From positions 84,571 to 148,570 of the forward strand of contig JAVYPJ010000002.1 of assembly GCA_038733315.1 (NCBI GenBank): 64,000 nucleotides of DNA. The letters are read 5' to 3'. The DNA comes from Candidatus Aenigmatarchaeota archaeon (GTDB lineage Archaea; Aenigmatarchaeota; Aenigmatarchaeia; CG10238-14; SpSt-28). Under the pieces are notes generated by a model. The model was not told the DNA's origin, ran no database searches, and was given only the letters and a program-made list of their open reading frames with translations. Each line of letters opens with the position of its first letter. Within the stretch, counting starts at the first letter, position 1. The position numbers were made by a program, and so were the translations under genes. Shown one piece after another: positions 18,226 to 28,276 of this stretch.

Positions 18226-18642
18226 CTATATATTGCACTTTTTAATAAATTCGTAAGCTTCTCTTAAATTCTTCTTATCCTCTTCATATGTAAGTAGCTT
18301 TAGTGCATCTTCAAGATTTAACCACTTAAAATCTTTGTGTTCCCAAGAGATTTTTACATTTTTTGTTTTTGCTCTTGCTAAAAAGAAAATTGCTTTTTTC
18401 TTTACTAATCTTTTGTTAAGCCAATAAGAATATTCATATTCTCTAATAAAACCTGGAATAAATTCTACATCTAGATTAGTTTCTTCTTTTATTTCTCTTC
18501 TAGCTGCCTCGATTTCACTTTCTTTTTCTTCTTTTTCACCCTTAGGAAATCCCCAATAGTTTGGATATTTTAGAAGCAAGAATTCTATTTTTTCATTATC
18601 TTTATAGAAAACTATTGCCCCACAAGAAGTTTTAATTTTCAT
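18226..18642 (-). CDS. NUDIX hydrolase (Ap4A-hydrolase-like)
   Basis: Nudix box GFPKGEKEEKESEIEAARREIKEETNL; SWEH. Confidence 0.93.
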   Translation of the reverse strand: MKIKTSCGAIVFYKDNEKIEFLLLKYPNYWGFPKGEKEEKESEIEAARREIKEETNLDVEFIPGFIREYEYSYWLNKRLVKKKAIFFLARAKTKNVKISWEHKDFKWLNLEDALKLLTYEEDKKNLREAYEFIKKCNI

Positions 18643-18652
18643 AATTTATTAT

Positions 18653-19231
18653 ATGAGCGATACTATAGTTATCTTTGATCTTGATGGAACATTAGTGGAA
18701 GAATCAAAATACATAGAGATATATAAAAAGGTTTTTGAAGAAGCCTGTAAAATATATTCTGAGAAAAATAATTCTGTTTTTGATTTTAATTGCTGGCCAA
18801 AAACTCTTTCATGCGAGGAATTTAGAGAACTATTTAAAAAATTGTACTCGAAGGAAATAGAAAGCGTGGATTTTTCAAAAAATCGAAAAAGAATTTCTGA
18901 AATAATAGGTTTTCTTGCTATACTTTATGGAAATATTCCAGAAAAATTTTATGTGGTATCTGCTAATCCCTGTTCGGATAAAATTTTAAAAAAAATCAAT
19001 TTTCCCAAGGCAAATATAGTTTCTATATTTGATGAAATTCATAAAGAACTCATAGAGACAATCGAAGAATATTATGAAAAATATATAGAAATTAAAGCGA
19101 AAAAACTTCAGGAAATTAAAAACAGTAATAAAAATAAAAAATTTGTTTATGTTGGAGATACAGAGTATGATGAAAGAATAGCTAATATAGTTGGTTTTGA
19201 TTTCATTAATATAAAAAATTTTTTCAAATGA
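18653..19231 (+). CDS. HAD-superfamily hydrolase
   Basis: IFDLDGTL motif I; YVGDTEYD motif IV. Confidence 0.88.
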   Translation: MSDTIVIFDLDGTLVEESKYIEIYKKVFEEACKIYSEKNNSVFDFNCWPKTLSCEEFRELFKKLYSKEIESVDFSKNRKRISEIIGFLAILYGNIPEKFYVVSANPCSDKILKKINFPKANIVSIFDEIHKELIETIEEYYEKYIEIKAKKLQEIKNSNKNKKFVYVGDTEYDERIANIVGFDFINIKNFFK

Positions 19232-19371
19232 TTTGTAGGAACTTAAATAATTACTATTTTCTGTTTGAGTTCAAAAGCAAAAATAAAAATAATACCTAAG
19301 AATGCATGAAAAATAGAAATTCAGCATTGAGGAAAATCTCTTTTGTTTAGAAGTGCTATAGTTTTTATAGA

Positions 19372-20199
19372 TTAAAACTCATATCCAAGATTTTCTAAAA
19401 TTCTTTTCATTTTTAAGCTGTCTTGCTCTAAAATCGGACTTTCAGAAATTATTGTAATATTTTCAATCTTTTTTTCGATTAGAGTTTTTGCCAAATCTTT
19501 AAAGTTAGGATGGGAATTCAGATTAACATGTATATCAACAAATTTTTTCGTTTTTAAATTAAATTTAACGTTTGAAAAATGCGTATGATAATATTCGAAT
19601 TTTGTAGTTTCAAAAATTTTTTCGAAATCAATTTTTCCATCATTAAACACAAATATATGAGCAAAATCGATACAAATACCAAATTGTTTATGGCTTATCC
19701 TCTCTTTAAGCTCTAGTAAAGTTTCAAGATCTGCGAACTGAGATTTTTTTGCCATGGTTTCATAAAGCAGCATAGAATTTTTTATTTTCAAACTTTTCAT
19801 TTTATTTAAAAGCTCTATTGTTATTTCCTCCATCTTATTTATAGCATCTTCTTTACTTAACTCTCCATAATATGCCGCATGAACTACAACAAACTTAGCA
19901 TTCATTATTTCTGCAAGCTTTAAACATTTTAATATTAGTTGTTTACTTTTCTCTATGGTTTCCTTACTTTTACTAAGAAGATTAATGAAATATGGAGCAT
20001 GTATACTTAATTCTACATCTAAATCTTTCGCAATATTACCAACTTCTATAGCTTCGTTTTCATCTAAATAAATTTTTCTAACAAACTCTATTTCCATAGC
20101 GTTTAAGCCTAAATTCTTAACTTCTTTTATACCTTCTATTGTACTTCTTCTTTTCGAATCCAGTGTTGTAGGTAAACCTGCTGGACCTAATCTTATCAT
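19372..20199 (-). CDS. nfo: Endonuclease IV (AP endonuclease family 2, TIM barrel)
   Basis: RLGPAGLP, AMEIEFV, SIHAPYFINL, VVHAAYY, YETMAK, CIDFAH, HTHFS, ISESP. Confidence 0.92.
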   Translation of the reverse strand: MIRLGPAGLPTTLDSKRRSTIEGIKEVKNLGLNAMEIEFVRKIYLDENEAIEVGNIAKDLDVELSIHAPYFINLLSKSKETIEKSKQLILKCLKLAEIMNAKFVVVHAAYYGELSKEDAINKMEEITIELLNKMKSLKIKNSMLLYETMAKKSQFADLETLLELKERISHKQFGICIDFAHIFVFNDGKIDFEKIFETTKFEYYHTHFSNVKFNLKTKKFVDIHVNLNSHPNFKDLAKTLIEKKIENITIISESPILEQDSLKMKRILENLGYEF

Positions 20200-20203
20200 A
20201 GTT

Positions 20204-20821
20204 TTATTTATAGATTTTTTTCATATTGTCTAAGAAGCTAATCAAAAATCTTATAGTTGCTAAATCAAACTCTTCTAGGTTTTTGCCTGTGATTTCAACA
20301 AAATTAACATTATGCACTTTTATATATGTTTCATTAGATATAAGATAAGACCTTAAAAATATGTAATATGTTTCATTACTTAATTTTAACTCTTCTACGC
20401 TATATTTAATGTGTTCAACGTTGGTAACCAAATTAAATTCACTATACTTATTTAACTCAAACTCTAAAACTCTTTTCACCTTATAAAAAATTTCAAGCGC
20501 TTCTATGGCAGTAGCAGAATTATCATCACTTTCAAAGATTATGAATGTAAGATTTTTATAATATCCAGTAGAAAGTAGAAAGGTGGAAATCGATAGAGAA
20601 TCTTCATTTGGTAGGATACTAATTTTATAGGATAAATCTATTGGTCTTCTGAACTGAATAAGATATCCTTTATAATCATAGTAAAATCTTTTTTGATATT
20701 CGAAGTTAAAACTTTTAATAATAAGGTATACTGCTAGCGATACTGATATAATAGAAACTATAAAAACGAGTAAATATAAGTTTATTCTTATTTTAATTTT
20801 TTTGACGGATTTTTTTCCCAT
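20204..20821 (-). CDS. Hypothetical membrane-anchored protein
   Basis: Basic N-terminus, single TM helix, soluble C-domain. Confidence 0.7.
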   Translation of the reverse strand: MGKKSVKKIKIRINLYLLVFIVSIISVSLAVYLIIKSFNFEYQKRFYYDYKGYLIQFRRPIDLSYKISILPNEDSLSISTFLLSTGYYKNLTFIIFESDDNSATAIEALEIFYKVKRVLEFELNKYSEFNLVTNVEHIKYSVEELKLSNETYYIFLRSYLISNETYIKVHNVNFVEITGKNLEEFDLATIRFLISFLDNMKKIYK

Positions 20822-20830
20822 AAATTAAGA

Positions 20831-21442
20831 TTAATTAATGAAGAAATTATTAGAATGATAAGGCAAAAGGTTTATTTCAGGTACCAATTTTAAACTATTG
20901 TTCGGAGTTTTCATTCCATTATTATAGAAATGTTCATCATCCTCATATTCTTGAAACGAATTTATGAAAATTTCAATTTTATTCTTATATAATTCTACAA
21001 GAAGCCAAAAGCCGTTTGTAAAGTTTTCAACCGTTTCTCTATTTCTATCTAGGGATATAGAAGTGACATAAAATGGGTGTAAACCTTCAAAAAAATAATT
21101 TTTTATGTTACCATTTTCGTCAAATAAATATAATTCTTCTTTCATATATACGCAATCTATTAAAAGGAAGGAACAATCCTTAGTGTTATAAAAAATTAAT
21201 CGCAAAACATTAACGTTTTCGTCACATCTGTTTTCTAATTCAATTCCATACTGGTTTTTTATAGAGTAGTTCGATAATTTTTTATATCCAAAAAAATTTA
21301 AAATTCTTTCTAGTGAATTTTTTCCTATAAACTTAAGAATTTCATAGTCTTCGCTCATTACTGGTAGTACGACTAATGGAAATTTTTCATTACAGTGTTC
21401 GAACAATTTATATTCTAAATTTTCATACATATCAGAGTTCAT
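20831..21442 (-). CDS. Hypothetical protein
   Basis: 203-aa ORF co-oriented with the scpA/smc run. Confidence 0.6.
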   Translation of the reverse strand: MNSDMYENLEYKLFEHCNEKFPLVVLPVMSEDYEILKFIGKNSLERILNFFGYKKLSNYSIKNQYGIELENRCDENVNVLRLIFYNTKDCSFLLIDCVYMKEELYLFDENGNIKNYFFEGLHPFYVTSISLDRNRETVENFTNGFWLLVELYKNKIEIFINSFQEYEDDEHFYNNGMKTPNNSLKLVPEINLLPYHSNNFFIN

Positions 21443-21464
21443 TATTATAAAAAACCGAAAAAAC

Positions 21465-22142
21465 TTATATTTTTTTCAAATATATGCTGATTTCACTAAA
21501 AGGTTCTCGTTGTTCTGTTCTAATTTTCTTTTGCATTTCTAAGTGTAAAACAGAGTAAAATTTAATGTATATTTCTTTCCAATCTCTATTCTCAAGAATT
21601 TCCCTAAATAAGACATTTTCTTTTTCTTTTATCAAATTCAAAATTTTTTGAAATACATTTTCAACAATTTTTTCTATATCTATCTCCTCAAAATAACTTC
21701 TAATTTTTTCCTCATTTTCTTTTCTTTTCCTAAATCTCTTTTCTTTCTTCTCCTTTAATTCTAAGACTTTTCTTAGCGAGATGATTAATTCATCTAGAGT
21801 CACTTGAGAAATAGGTAATCTTTTAATTGGTGGGGATATTTCTAGGTTGCTAATATCTATTTGAGGTAAATCTAAAATCTCTCTAATTTTTTCTTGAACC
21901 TCCTGTTCTTTTGGAAATAATAAATCGACTTTCAATTTTAATAAAAATACTGCAATATATAAAACTTTTGCTGGAATTCTAAAGTCTAAATCTTTAGCAA
22001 TATTAACATATTCTAAAAACTTATCACACAGTTTTATAAGGTCTATATCATAAGGATTTAAATTTTCAAACTCTATAATGTAATAAAGTAGTTTTTCCCA
22101 ATCTCCTCTTTCTATTATCTCAAAAATACTAAGAGGCTGCAT
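21465..22142 (-). CDS. scpA: Segregation/condensation protein A (kleisin)
   Basis: NPYDIDLIKLCDKFL and AVFLLKLKVDLL N-domain; C-terminal KFYSVLHLE...IRTEQREPFSEI; overlaps smc. Confidence 0.92.
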   Translation of the reverse strand: MQPLSIFEIIERGDWEKLLYYIIEFENLNPYDIDLIKLCDKFLEYVNIAKDLDFRIPAKVLYIAVFLLKLKVDLLFPKEQEVQEKIREILDLPQIDISNLEISPPIKRLPISQVTLDELIISLRKVLELKEKKEKRFRKRKENEEKIRSYFEEIDIEKIVENVFQKILNLIKEKENVLFREILENRDWKEIYIKFYSVLHLEMQKKIRTEQREPFSEISIYLKKI

Positions 22143-24582
22143 CGTTTACCTTTAAACTTAGAATTTTTGATTCTCCATCTTCTAAGGTAACTCCATATAA
22201 AGTATCTGCGTATTTTACAGTTATATCATTATGAGTTATTATTATTATTTGGGTGTTTTTTGACAGTTCTTTCAAAAGATTTGCAATTTTTTCTGAATTA
22301 ATTTTATCTAAGGCTGCATCTATTTCGTCCATGGAATAAAAAACGCATGGTCTTATCATTTGCAACGACATTAAAAATAATATAGCTACTAATGTTTTTT
22401 CTCCTCCAGATAAACTATCTAAATCAACATAACCTTTATCTGGAAACTTTACTTCTATTAATAATCCGCTATCTAAGTTATTAGCATCTTCTAATTCTAT
22501 TTTAGCTTGTCCGCCTATAAGCTTATTAAAAAGATAATTAAACCTTTCTGAAACCATATTCATTGTTGAGAAAAACTTTTCCCTTCTTTTGTTCTCTATT
22601 TCACTTATAGTTGCAATAACCTTATCCTTTTCTGCTCTTACTTTATCGAACTTTTCTTTTAACGTTTCAAAATCAATCCTTATTTTTTCAAAATCTTCGA
22701 TAGCTTTAAAGTTTATAGACCCTAACGATTTTATTTCAAAAGAAATTTTATCTTGCATTATTGTTAATTTTTCGACATCCTCATCTATAAAATCTTGTAC
22801 ATCTCTAAATTCTTCTAACTCGGTTAAATATTTTTCTTTTTCAGCTTCAAGCCTGGCAATTTTTATTTTATTATTTGCTATTTTGTTCTGTAAATTCAGC
22901 TTTTCATCAAAAAGTTTTTTTCTTTCCCTTCTCAACTTTTCTAACTCCTTTTCATCTATTTCAATAGAAACGTCTATTTCTATAGGCTTAATTTTTCTTA
23001 GTTTGTTTTCAATTTCCCCTATTTCTAATTCTAAAACTTTATTCTCTTCTTCCAACTTTTTAATAATTTCTCTGTATTTCTCTATTTCTTTTTCTTTTCC
23101 AAAATCTGTAAAAACTTTTCTAACTACATAACCACCGCTAACAACTCCACTTCTTTCAATTAAATCTCCATCTAAGGTCACCATTCTAATCTTTCCTATT
23201 CCAACTTTTTTCCCAACATCCAAATCTCTAATCACTAGCGTATTTCCAAAAACAAATTCAAATGCAGCTTCAAATTTTTTATCAAAATTTATTAAATCGC
23301 TTGCTATTCCAATAACTCCATCTATTTCCAAAAATTTTTCTTCTAATCTTTTATAGCTTAGTTTGTCTAGTGGCAAAAAAGTGGCTCTTCCAATTCTCTC
23401 TTTTTTTAAATATTCTATACAATTTTTAGCGACATCAAAGTTTTCTACTACAATATCAAATAAATGGTTTGCTGCAGCAACTTCTATAGCCAATTGATAT
23501 TCTTCTGGAACTTTCATTAGATTATATATAGTTCCATAAACTCCACTTAATCCTAAATTAAGAATCTCTTTTACGGCTATTGGCATATCTCTTTCAGACT
23601 TTATGCTTTCTAAGCTGTGAATTAAGTTTAACAACCTTTCTATCTCTTTTTTATTATATTCATATTTAGCTTTCTTTATTTCCAATTCGACTTTTAAATT
23701 ACTCTCTTCCTCTTTTTTAGCTATGTTTTTAAAATTTTTAAGTATTTTGTTTATTTCCTCCTCTTTTTTATTTATTTCTTCATCTATTTTTGAAATCTTT
23801 TCAGCCATTTCTTGAACAAATCTTTCCATCTCTTCTATCTGTTTTTTAATGTCGTTTATTTGTCTATCTATTTCTTCGCTTTTTTTAATGAGTAATGATT
23901 TTTTTACAACTTTCAATTCTTTTTCTAACTCTTTATACTTAAGAGCTATATTTCTTTGTTCTTCTAACTCTTTATATTTTTTATATTTTTCGGTTATAAC
24001 TAATTCTAATTCTTTTAACCTTTGTTCTATTTTTTCTAAGTCTTGCATAGCTTTTTCCTTTTTTTGATTATATTCATAAATACCAGAAAGTTGATCAATA
24101 ATCTCTCTTCTTTCACTTTCACTCATTTCTACTATTCTTGTAACGTCGCCCTGTAAAATAATGTTATAGCCATCGGGCCTTAAATTAGCAAAACTCAAAA
24201 TTTCTAAAACTCTTTCTCTGGTTTCTGTTTTATCATTAATTTTATATATAGTATGGCCTTTTCTGTTAACTTTTCTAGTTATTATTACTTCGTCACTATC
24301 TATTGGAAATTTTCTATCGGTATTATCGAAAATAATTGAAACAGAAGCTACTTCAGCAGGTTTTTTATTTTCATTACCTCTAAATATAAGCTCACTTAAT
24401 TTATCGGCTCTCATTTGTTTCGCTGAAATTTTTCCTAAGACGAAACATATAGCATCTATAATGTTAGATTTTCCACTTCCATTTGGACCTACTATAACGT
24501 TTAAACCATTAACAAACGGAATAACAGTTTTTCTGTTAAAACTCTTAAATCCTTGCAACACAATTTTTTTAATGTAAACCAT
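22129..24582 (-). CDS. smc: Chromosome segregation protein SMC (short, 817 aa)
   Basis: GFKSF, GPNGSGKSN, Q-loop ILQGDV, hinge GVYGTI...GRATFLPLD...VTLDGD, LSGGEK signature, MDEIDAALD. Confidence 0.96.
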   Translation of the reverse strand: MVYIKKIVLQGFKSFNRKTVIPFVNGLNVIVGPNGSGKSNIIDAICFVLGKISAKQMRADKLSELIFRGNENKKPAEVASVSIIFDNTDRKFPIDSDEVIITRKVNRKGHTIYKINDKTETRERVLEILSFANLRPDGYNIILQGDVTRIVEMSESERREIIDQLSGIYEYNQKKEKAMQDLEKIEQRLKELELVITEKYKKYKELEEQRNIALKYKELEKELKVVKKSLLIKKSEEIDRQINDIKKQIEEMERFVQEMAEKISKIDEEINKKEEEINKILKNFKNIAKKEEESNLKVELEIKKAKYEYNKKEIERLLNLIHSLESIKSERDMPIAVKEILNLGLSGVYGTIYNLMKVPEEYQLAIEVAAANHLFDIVVENFDVAKNCIEYLKKERIGRATFLPLDKLSYKRLEEKFLEIDGVIGIASDLINFDKKFEAAFEFVFGNTLVIRDLDVGKKVGIGKIRMVTLDGDLIERSGVVSGGYVVRKVFTDFGKEKEIEKYREIIKKLEEENKVLELEIGEIENKLRKIKPIEIDVSIEIDEKELEKLRRERKKLFDEKLNLQNKIANNKIKIARLEAEKEKYLTELEEFRDVQDFIDEDVEKLTIMQDKISFEIKSLGSINFKAIEDFEKIRIDFETLKEKFDKVRAEKDKVIATISEIENKRREKFFSTMNMVSERFNYLFNKLIGGQAKIELEDANNLDSGLLIEVKFPDKGYVDLDSLSGGEKTLVAILFLMSLQMIRPCVFYSMDEIDAALDKINSEKIANLLKELSKNTQIIIITHNDITVKYADTLYGVTLEDGESKILSLKVNDAAS

Positions 24583-24644
24583 AATTAATATACATTAAGG
24601 TTAAAAATTAAATAAAATTTAAAAAGCTATTCTAAATTTTTAAA

Positions 24645-25130
24645 ATGAGAGAAAAAAACTGTGTAATACTAGCTTTTGAAAAACTTTTTAGTTTTTTGAA
24701 TATTATAGAAGTAAACTTACCTGAGGTTTTGGAAAAAGAATTATATGAAAAAAGATTTATTAGCGAAAAGGAAGTTATAGATATAGTTAACAAGTTAAAA
24801 AACGTTTTGTCGCAATATAATTTATCTATTGATATTTATCGCCTATACAATGATAAGGAAATTATTTCTTATTTTTCAAAAAAAGAAATTGAAAAAGAAA
24901 AGAAACAACAAAAAGAAAGGGCATACGAAATATTAAATGAAAACTTTGGCATTTTATTGTTAGATGGAGATGATAATGGTCATGCATACATCTTTTATAA
25001 GACAGAAAATATGAAACCTCACGAAATTATTATTATTGATCCAAGAAAAGAAAAAGCTGAAAAGGTTGAAATCGAAAAGATTTATAAAAGAATAGATTAC
25101 ATTATCTTCTTAAGCAAAATTCTTAGTTAG
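24645..25130 (+). CDS. Hypothetical protein
   Basis: 161-aa ORF divergent from smc. Confidence 0.6.
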   Translation: MREKNCVILAFEKLFSFLNIIEVNLPEVLEKELYEKRFISEKEVIDIVNKLKNVLSQYNLSIDIYRLYNDKEIISYFSKKEIEKEKKQQKERAYEILNENFGILLLDGDDNGHAYIFYKTENMKPHEIIIIDPRKEKAEKVEIEKIYKRIDYIIFLSKILS

Positions 25131-25967
25131 CTTACAAAAGGCACAAATCTCTTGATTAGTAACTTCTTTACAAATCTTGCATTCTCTAAACTCTTCTTTA
25201 ACTATTTTTTTATAATACTTTTTATTAAAATTTACTAAACCCTTAAGAAAATTGATATTAAAATTTTTAAAATTTTTTTCGTTAAAATTCAAAAATTCAA
25301 AAATCTTTGAATCCTCGTTTTTAGCTAAGTAGCAGCAGTATTTTGGTGAATATGGACAGCTAATACTTGTTATTGGTATTTTTTTTATTTCACAATATTT
25401 TTTATTTTCATCTGGAATTGCAAATATGAGTGGTCTAATTTTTGTTAGTTGTTTTGGGTGTTCACTTTTTAGTTTTGGCAAAATTTTAAAATTCCAGTCA
25501 AAATTGCTATGGATAATATTTTTGTAGTAATTTATAAGAAAATCAAATGCATGATGCCCTGTAGCAAGTTTTGTAGCTCCCAACTCTCTAGGAATTTTAT
25601 TCATCAAATATCTTTTTACTAATCCGCATATTGAACATATAGGTCTTTTAGTTATTTTAGAAATTTTTAAGATATCAAGATTAAATTCCTTCTTAACATC
25701 AGTAACAAAAAGTTCTACTTTAATAACATTCGCAATTTTTTCAACATCTTTTTGCAATTCGTAAGAATATCCAAAACCTAAATTAATATGGTATGCATAT
25801 ATTTCAGCACTAATATTTTTTTCTTCGATGTATTCTTTTAGCAAAGATAAAGCAGCGGAACTATCTTTTCCTCCACTTATAGCAACAAAAACTTTATCTT
25901 TTTCCTCTATTAACTTAAATTTTTCTATGGTTCTAAAAATTTTTCGCTTATAATCGTTAATTTCCAT
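25110..25967 (-). CDS. TtuA/TtcA/Ncs6-family tRNA thiolation protein
   Basis: PP-loop AISGGKDS, CSICG, ATGHH, IRPL, CPY, C-terminal CKIC...CAFC zinc finger. Confidence 0.9.
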   Translation of the reverse strand: MEINDYKRKIFRTIEKFKLIEEKDKVFVAISGGKDSSAALSLLKEYIEEKNISAEIYAYHINLGFGYSYELQKDVEKIANVIKVELFVTDVKKEFNLDILKISKITKRPICSICGLVKRYLMNKIPRELGATKLATGHHAFDFLINYYKNIIHSNFDWNFKILPKLKSEHPKQLTKIRPLIFAIPDENKKYCEIKKIPITSISCPYSPKYCCYLAKNEDSKIFEFLNFNEKNFKNFNINFLKGLVNFNKKYYKKIVKEEFRECKICKEVTNQEICAFCKLTKNFA

Positions 25968-26032
25968 AATTAAACTCTAAAAATTTGAAATTTCATTATC
26001 TTTAAATATATTTTTCATTTCGAAAAAATAGT

Positions 26033-26779
26033 ATGAAGGAAATTCCAATAACTTTTAAAGTTAATAACGAGCAAATAGTTGGCATTTTGCACTTATCAAA
26101 AGAAAATTCTCCAATAATAATTATTTGTCATGGACTAGCCTCTAATAAACTAGGCCCATATTCTTTTTTTGTTAATGTAGCAAGGGAGCTTGCAAAAAAC
26201 GGCTTTTCAGTTTTAAGATTTGATTTTAGAGGTTGTGGAGATTCCGAAGGTAATGAGCAAACAATAACATCTATGTTAGAAGATTTAGATGCTGCGATAA
26301 ATTTTATAGAAGGTTTAAATGAAGTTGATGCAAAAAGATTATGCGTTATTGGCCATTCCTTAGGAGCTTATATATCTTTTTTAAAGGCAGTTTTTGATAA
26401 AAGAATAAAATACTTAGTTTCTTGGATGGGAAGAGTTTCTAGCGCAAAAGATTTCTTTAGTAAGGTTTTTTTTGAAGAACTAGAAAGAAAAAAATATTTT
26501 ATAGGAAGAGGATTATTAATAACTAAAAAAATGCTAGAAGAGGATTTAAAATATAATTTATTAGAGCTAGCGAAAAATATAGAGGCGAAAGCTTTATTGA
26601 TATATGGCGAGCTAGACGATATGGTTCCGCCATCAGAGGGCTTAAAGCTAAAAGAAGTGTTAAAAGAAAAGGCGGAATTAACTATATTAAAAGATTTAGA
26701 CCATTTTTTTAATAAGGGAGCCAATACAGAAGTAATTAAAATAACTATGGATTGGCTTAAGAAAAACCTTTCTAAATAA
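26033..26779 (+). CDS. Alpha/beta-hydrolase
   Basis: CHGL, RFDFRGCGDSEG, nucleophile GHSLG, D-D-MV, DH triad motifs. Confidence 0.92.
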   Translation: MKEIPITFKVNNEQIVGILHLSKENSPIIIICHGLASNKLGPYSFFVNVARELAKNGFSVLRFDFRGCGDSEGNEQTITSMLEDLDAAINFIEGLNEVDAKRLCVIGHSLGAYISFLKAVFDKRIKYLVSWMGRVSSAKDFFSKVFFEELERKKYFIGRGLLITKKMLEEDLKYNLLELAKNIEAKALLIYGELDDMVPPSEGLKLKEVLKEKAELTILKDLDHFFNKGANTEVIKITMDWLKKNLSK

Positions 26780-26780
26780 T

Positions 26781-26852
26781 GGGCCGGTAGCTCAGAGGAA
26801 GAGCGCCCGCCTTGCAAGCGGGAGGCCCGGGGTTCGAATCCCCGCCGGTCCA
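26781..26852 (+). tRNA. tRNA-Ala(UGC)
   Basis: GGGCCGG/CCGGTCC acceptor with G3:U70, CCCGC-CT TGC AA-GCGGG anticodon arm. Confidence 0.97.
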
Positions 26853-26925
26853 GATTTTAATTTTTAAGTTAGTAATATCCACTCTAAAACCTTAAGCTAA
26901 GCAAATAAATTAAAAAATTATCAGC

Positions 26926-27023
26926 TGGGCCCGCTGGGATTTGAACCCAGGACCTCCCGCTCTCTTAGATAATAGAGCGTCGCCATATAAGGCGGGCGCT
27001 CCACCAGACTAAGCTACGGGCCC
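26926..27023 (-). tRNA. tRNA-Ile(UAU) with 24-nt intron at 37/38 (26962..26985)
   Basis: Reverse strand: GGGCCCG acceptor, CCCGC/GCGGG stem, CT TAT A. BHB central helix CUUA pairs perfectly with intron UAAG, which fixes the anticodon register. Confidence 0.92.
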
Positions 27024-27078
27024 ATGTTGTCTTATAATTAATGTTTATCCTTAAATTAATATTTTTTATAAATTTTAA

Positions 27079-28275
27079 ATGAAGATTGGTTTCATTTCTG
27101 ATTTGCACTTGGGTTTTGGAAGAGAAAGCGAGATATTTAATGATATTTTTCAAATATCTGAAAAAATAATATTAGAGCTTTCTGAGAGTTGTGATGTAGT
27201 TTTTATTGTTGGAGACCTTTTTGATGAAAAAAATCCTAACAATGAAATAATATTAAAATTGATTCAAATCTTTAAAAAAGTTAGGAAAAGGGATAAAAAA
27301 ATAAGATTTAAAATTAATGAAGAAAGTTTTGAAGAAAGTGCGCCTATATTTTTTGCAATTCATGGAAATCATGATAGAAAATTTAAAGATGAAACTTCTA
27401 TATATAAAATTTTTGAGGAAATAGGAATATTTCATTACATTTCCTTAGGAAAGATTTTAATAGAGAGTGATCAAAAAATCTGTATTTATGCAATGTCTAA
27501 TGTTCCTGAAAGATATGCAAAAAATGTTCTTTTCGAAAAGCTTGCTCCCAAAATAGAAAAGGATTACTTTAATATTTTAGTGTTACATCAGAATATTTAT
27601 CCCTATGTATATTCTATTGAAGATAGTAGCTTAAAGATAAGCGATTTACCAAAAAACTTCAATTTAATAGTTAATGGTCATATACATATAAGAAATGTTG
27701 AGAAAACTGGAAATACAACTCTTCTAATTCTCGGAAGTCCAGTAATAACTAAATTGCATGAAAGAGAAATAAATGAGAGAAGAGGCTATAACATTGTAGA
27801 AATATATGATAAAGAAAACTTTGATATAATTTTTCAAGAAATAGAACTACCAAGAAAATATTATTTAATAGAAATTGATTCAGAAAAAATTAATTTAGAG
27901 GATTTAGAAAAAAATATTAGCGAAAAAATAAATAAAAACAAAGAAAAACCAGTAATAAAGATAAAATTGTTAGGAAAGGCAGAAATTGATGAGAAAGTAA
28001 TAAAAAACATTTTGCAAAAATATGAAGATAAAGCAATTTTAAGGATAGAAAATCTAATAGAATCAGAAAGAGCATCTGAAATAATTAAAAATATTGAAAT
28101 TATTAAAGAAAGAAAAAGCATAGATGAAATCATTATTTCAACAATTTTAGAAAGGTTAAAACAAAAAAATTTTTCTAACTCTTTCGATTTTCAAAAACTA
28201 ATAGAGCTCTTTGAAGATGGTGATGTAGATACTTTAATAGATATAATAACAAAAACGCAGAAAACTCTTATATAA
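27079..28275 (+). CDS. mre11: DNA double-strand break repair nuclease Mre11
   Basis: SDLHLG, VGDLFD, HGNHD, VLHQ, NGHIH; adjacent to rad50. Confidence 0.93.
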   Translation: MKIGFISDLHLGFGRESEIFNDIFQISEKIILELSESCDVVFIVGDLFDEKNPNNEIILKLIQIFKKVRKRDKKIRFKINEESFEESAPIFFAIHGNHDRKFKDETSIYKIFEEIGIFHYISLGKILIESDQKICIYAMSNVPERYAKNVLFEKLAPKIEKDYFNILVLHQNIYPYVYSIEDSSLKISDLPKNFNLIVNGHIHIRNVEKTGNTTLLILGSPVITKLHEREINERRGYNIVEIYDKENFDIIFQEIELPRKYYLIEIDSEKINLEDLEKNISEKINKNKEKPVIKIKLLGKAEIDEKVIKNILQKYEDKAILRIENLIESERASEIIKNIEIIKERKSIDEIIISTILERLKQKNFSNSFDFQKLIELFEDGDVDTLIDIITKTQKTLI

Positions 28276-28276
28276 A

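Noticed and set aside
19232-19371. Hydrophobic minus-strand fragment (EIFLNAEFLFFHAFLGIIFIFAFELK…)
   Set aside because: It has no start codon and is under 35 aa, too little to call a gene or pseudogene.
26965-27153. 62-aa minus-strand ORF (also 36287..36505 on +)
   Set aside because: These overlap tRNA-Ile genes and neighbouring CDSs and are shadows.
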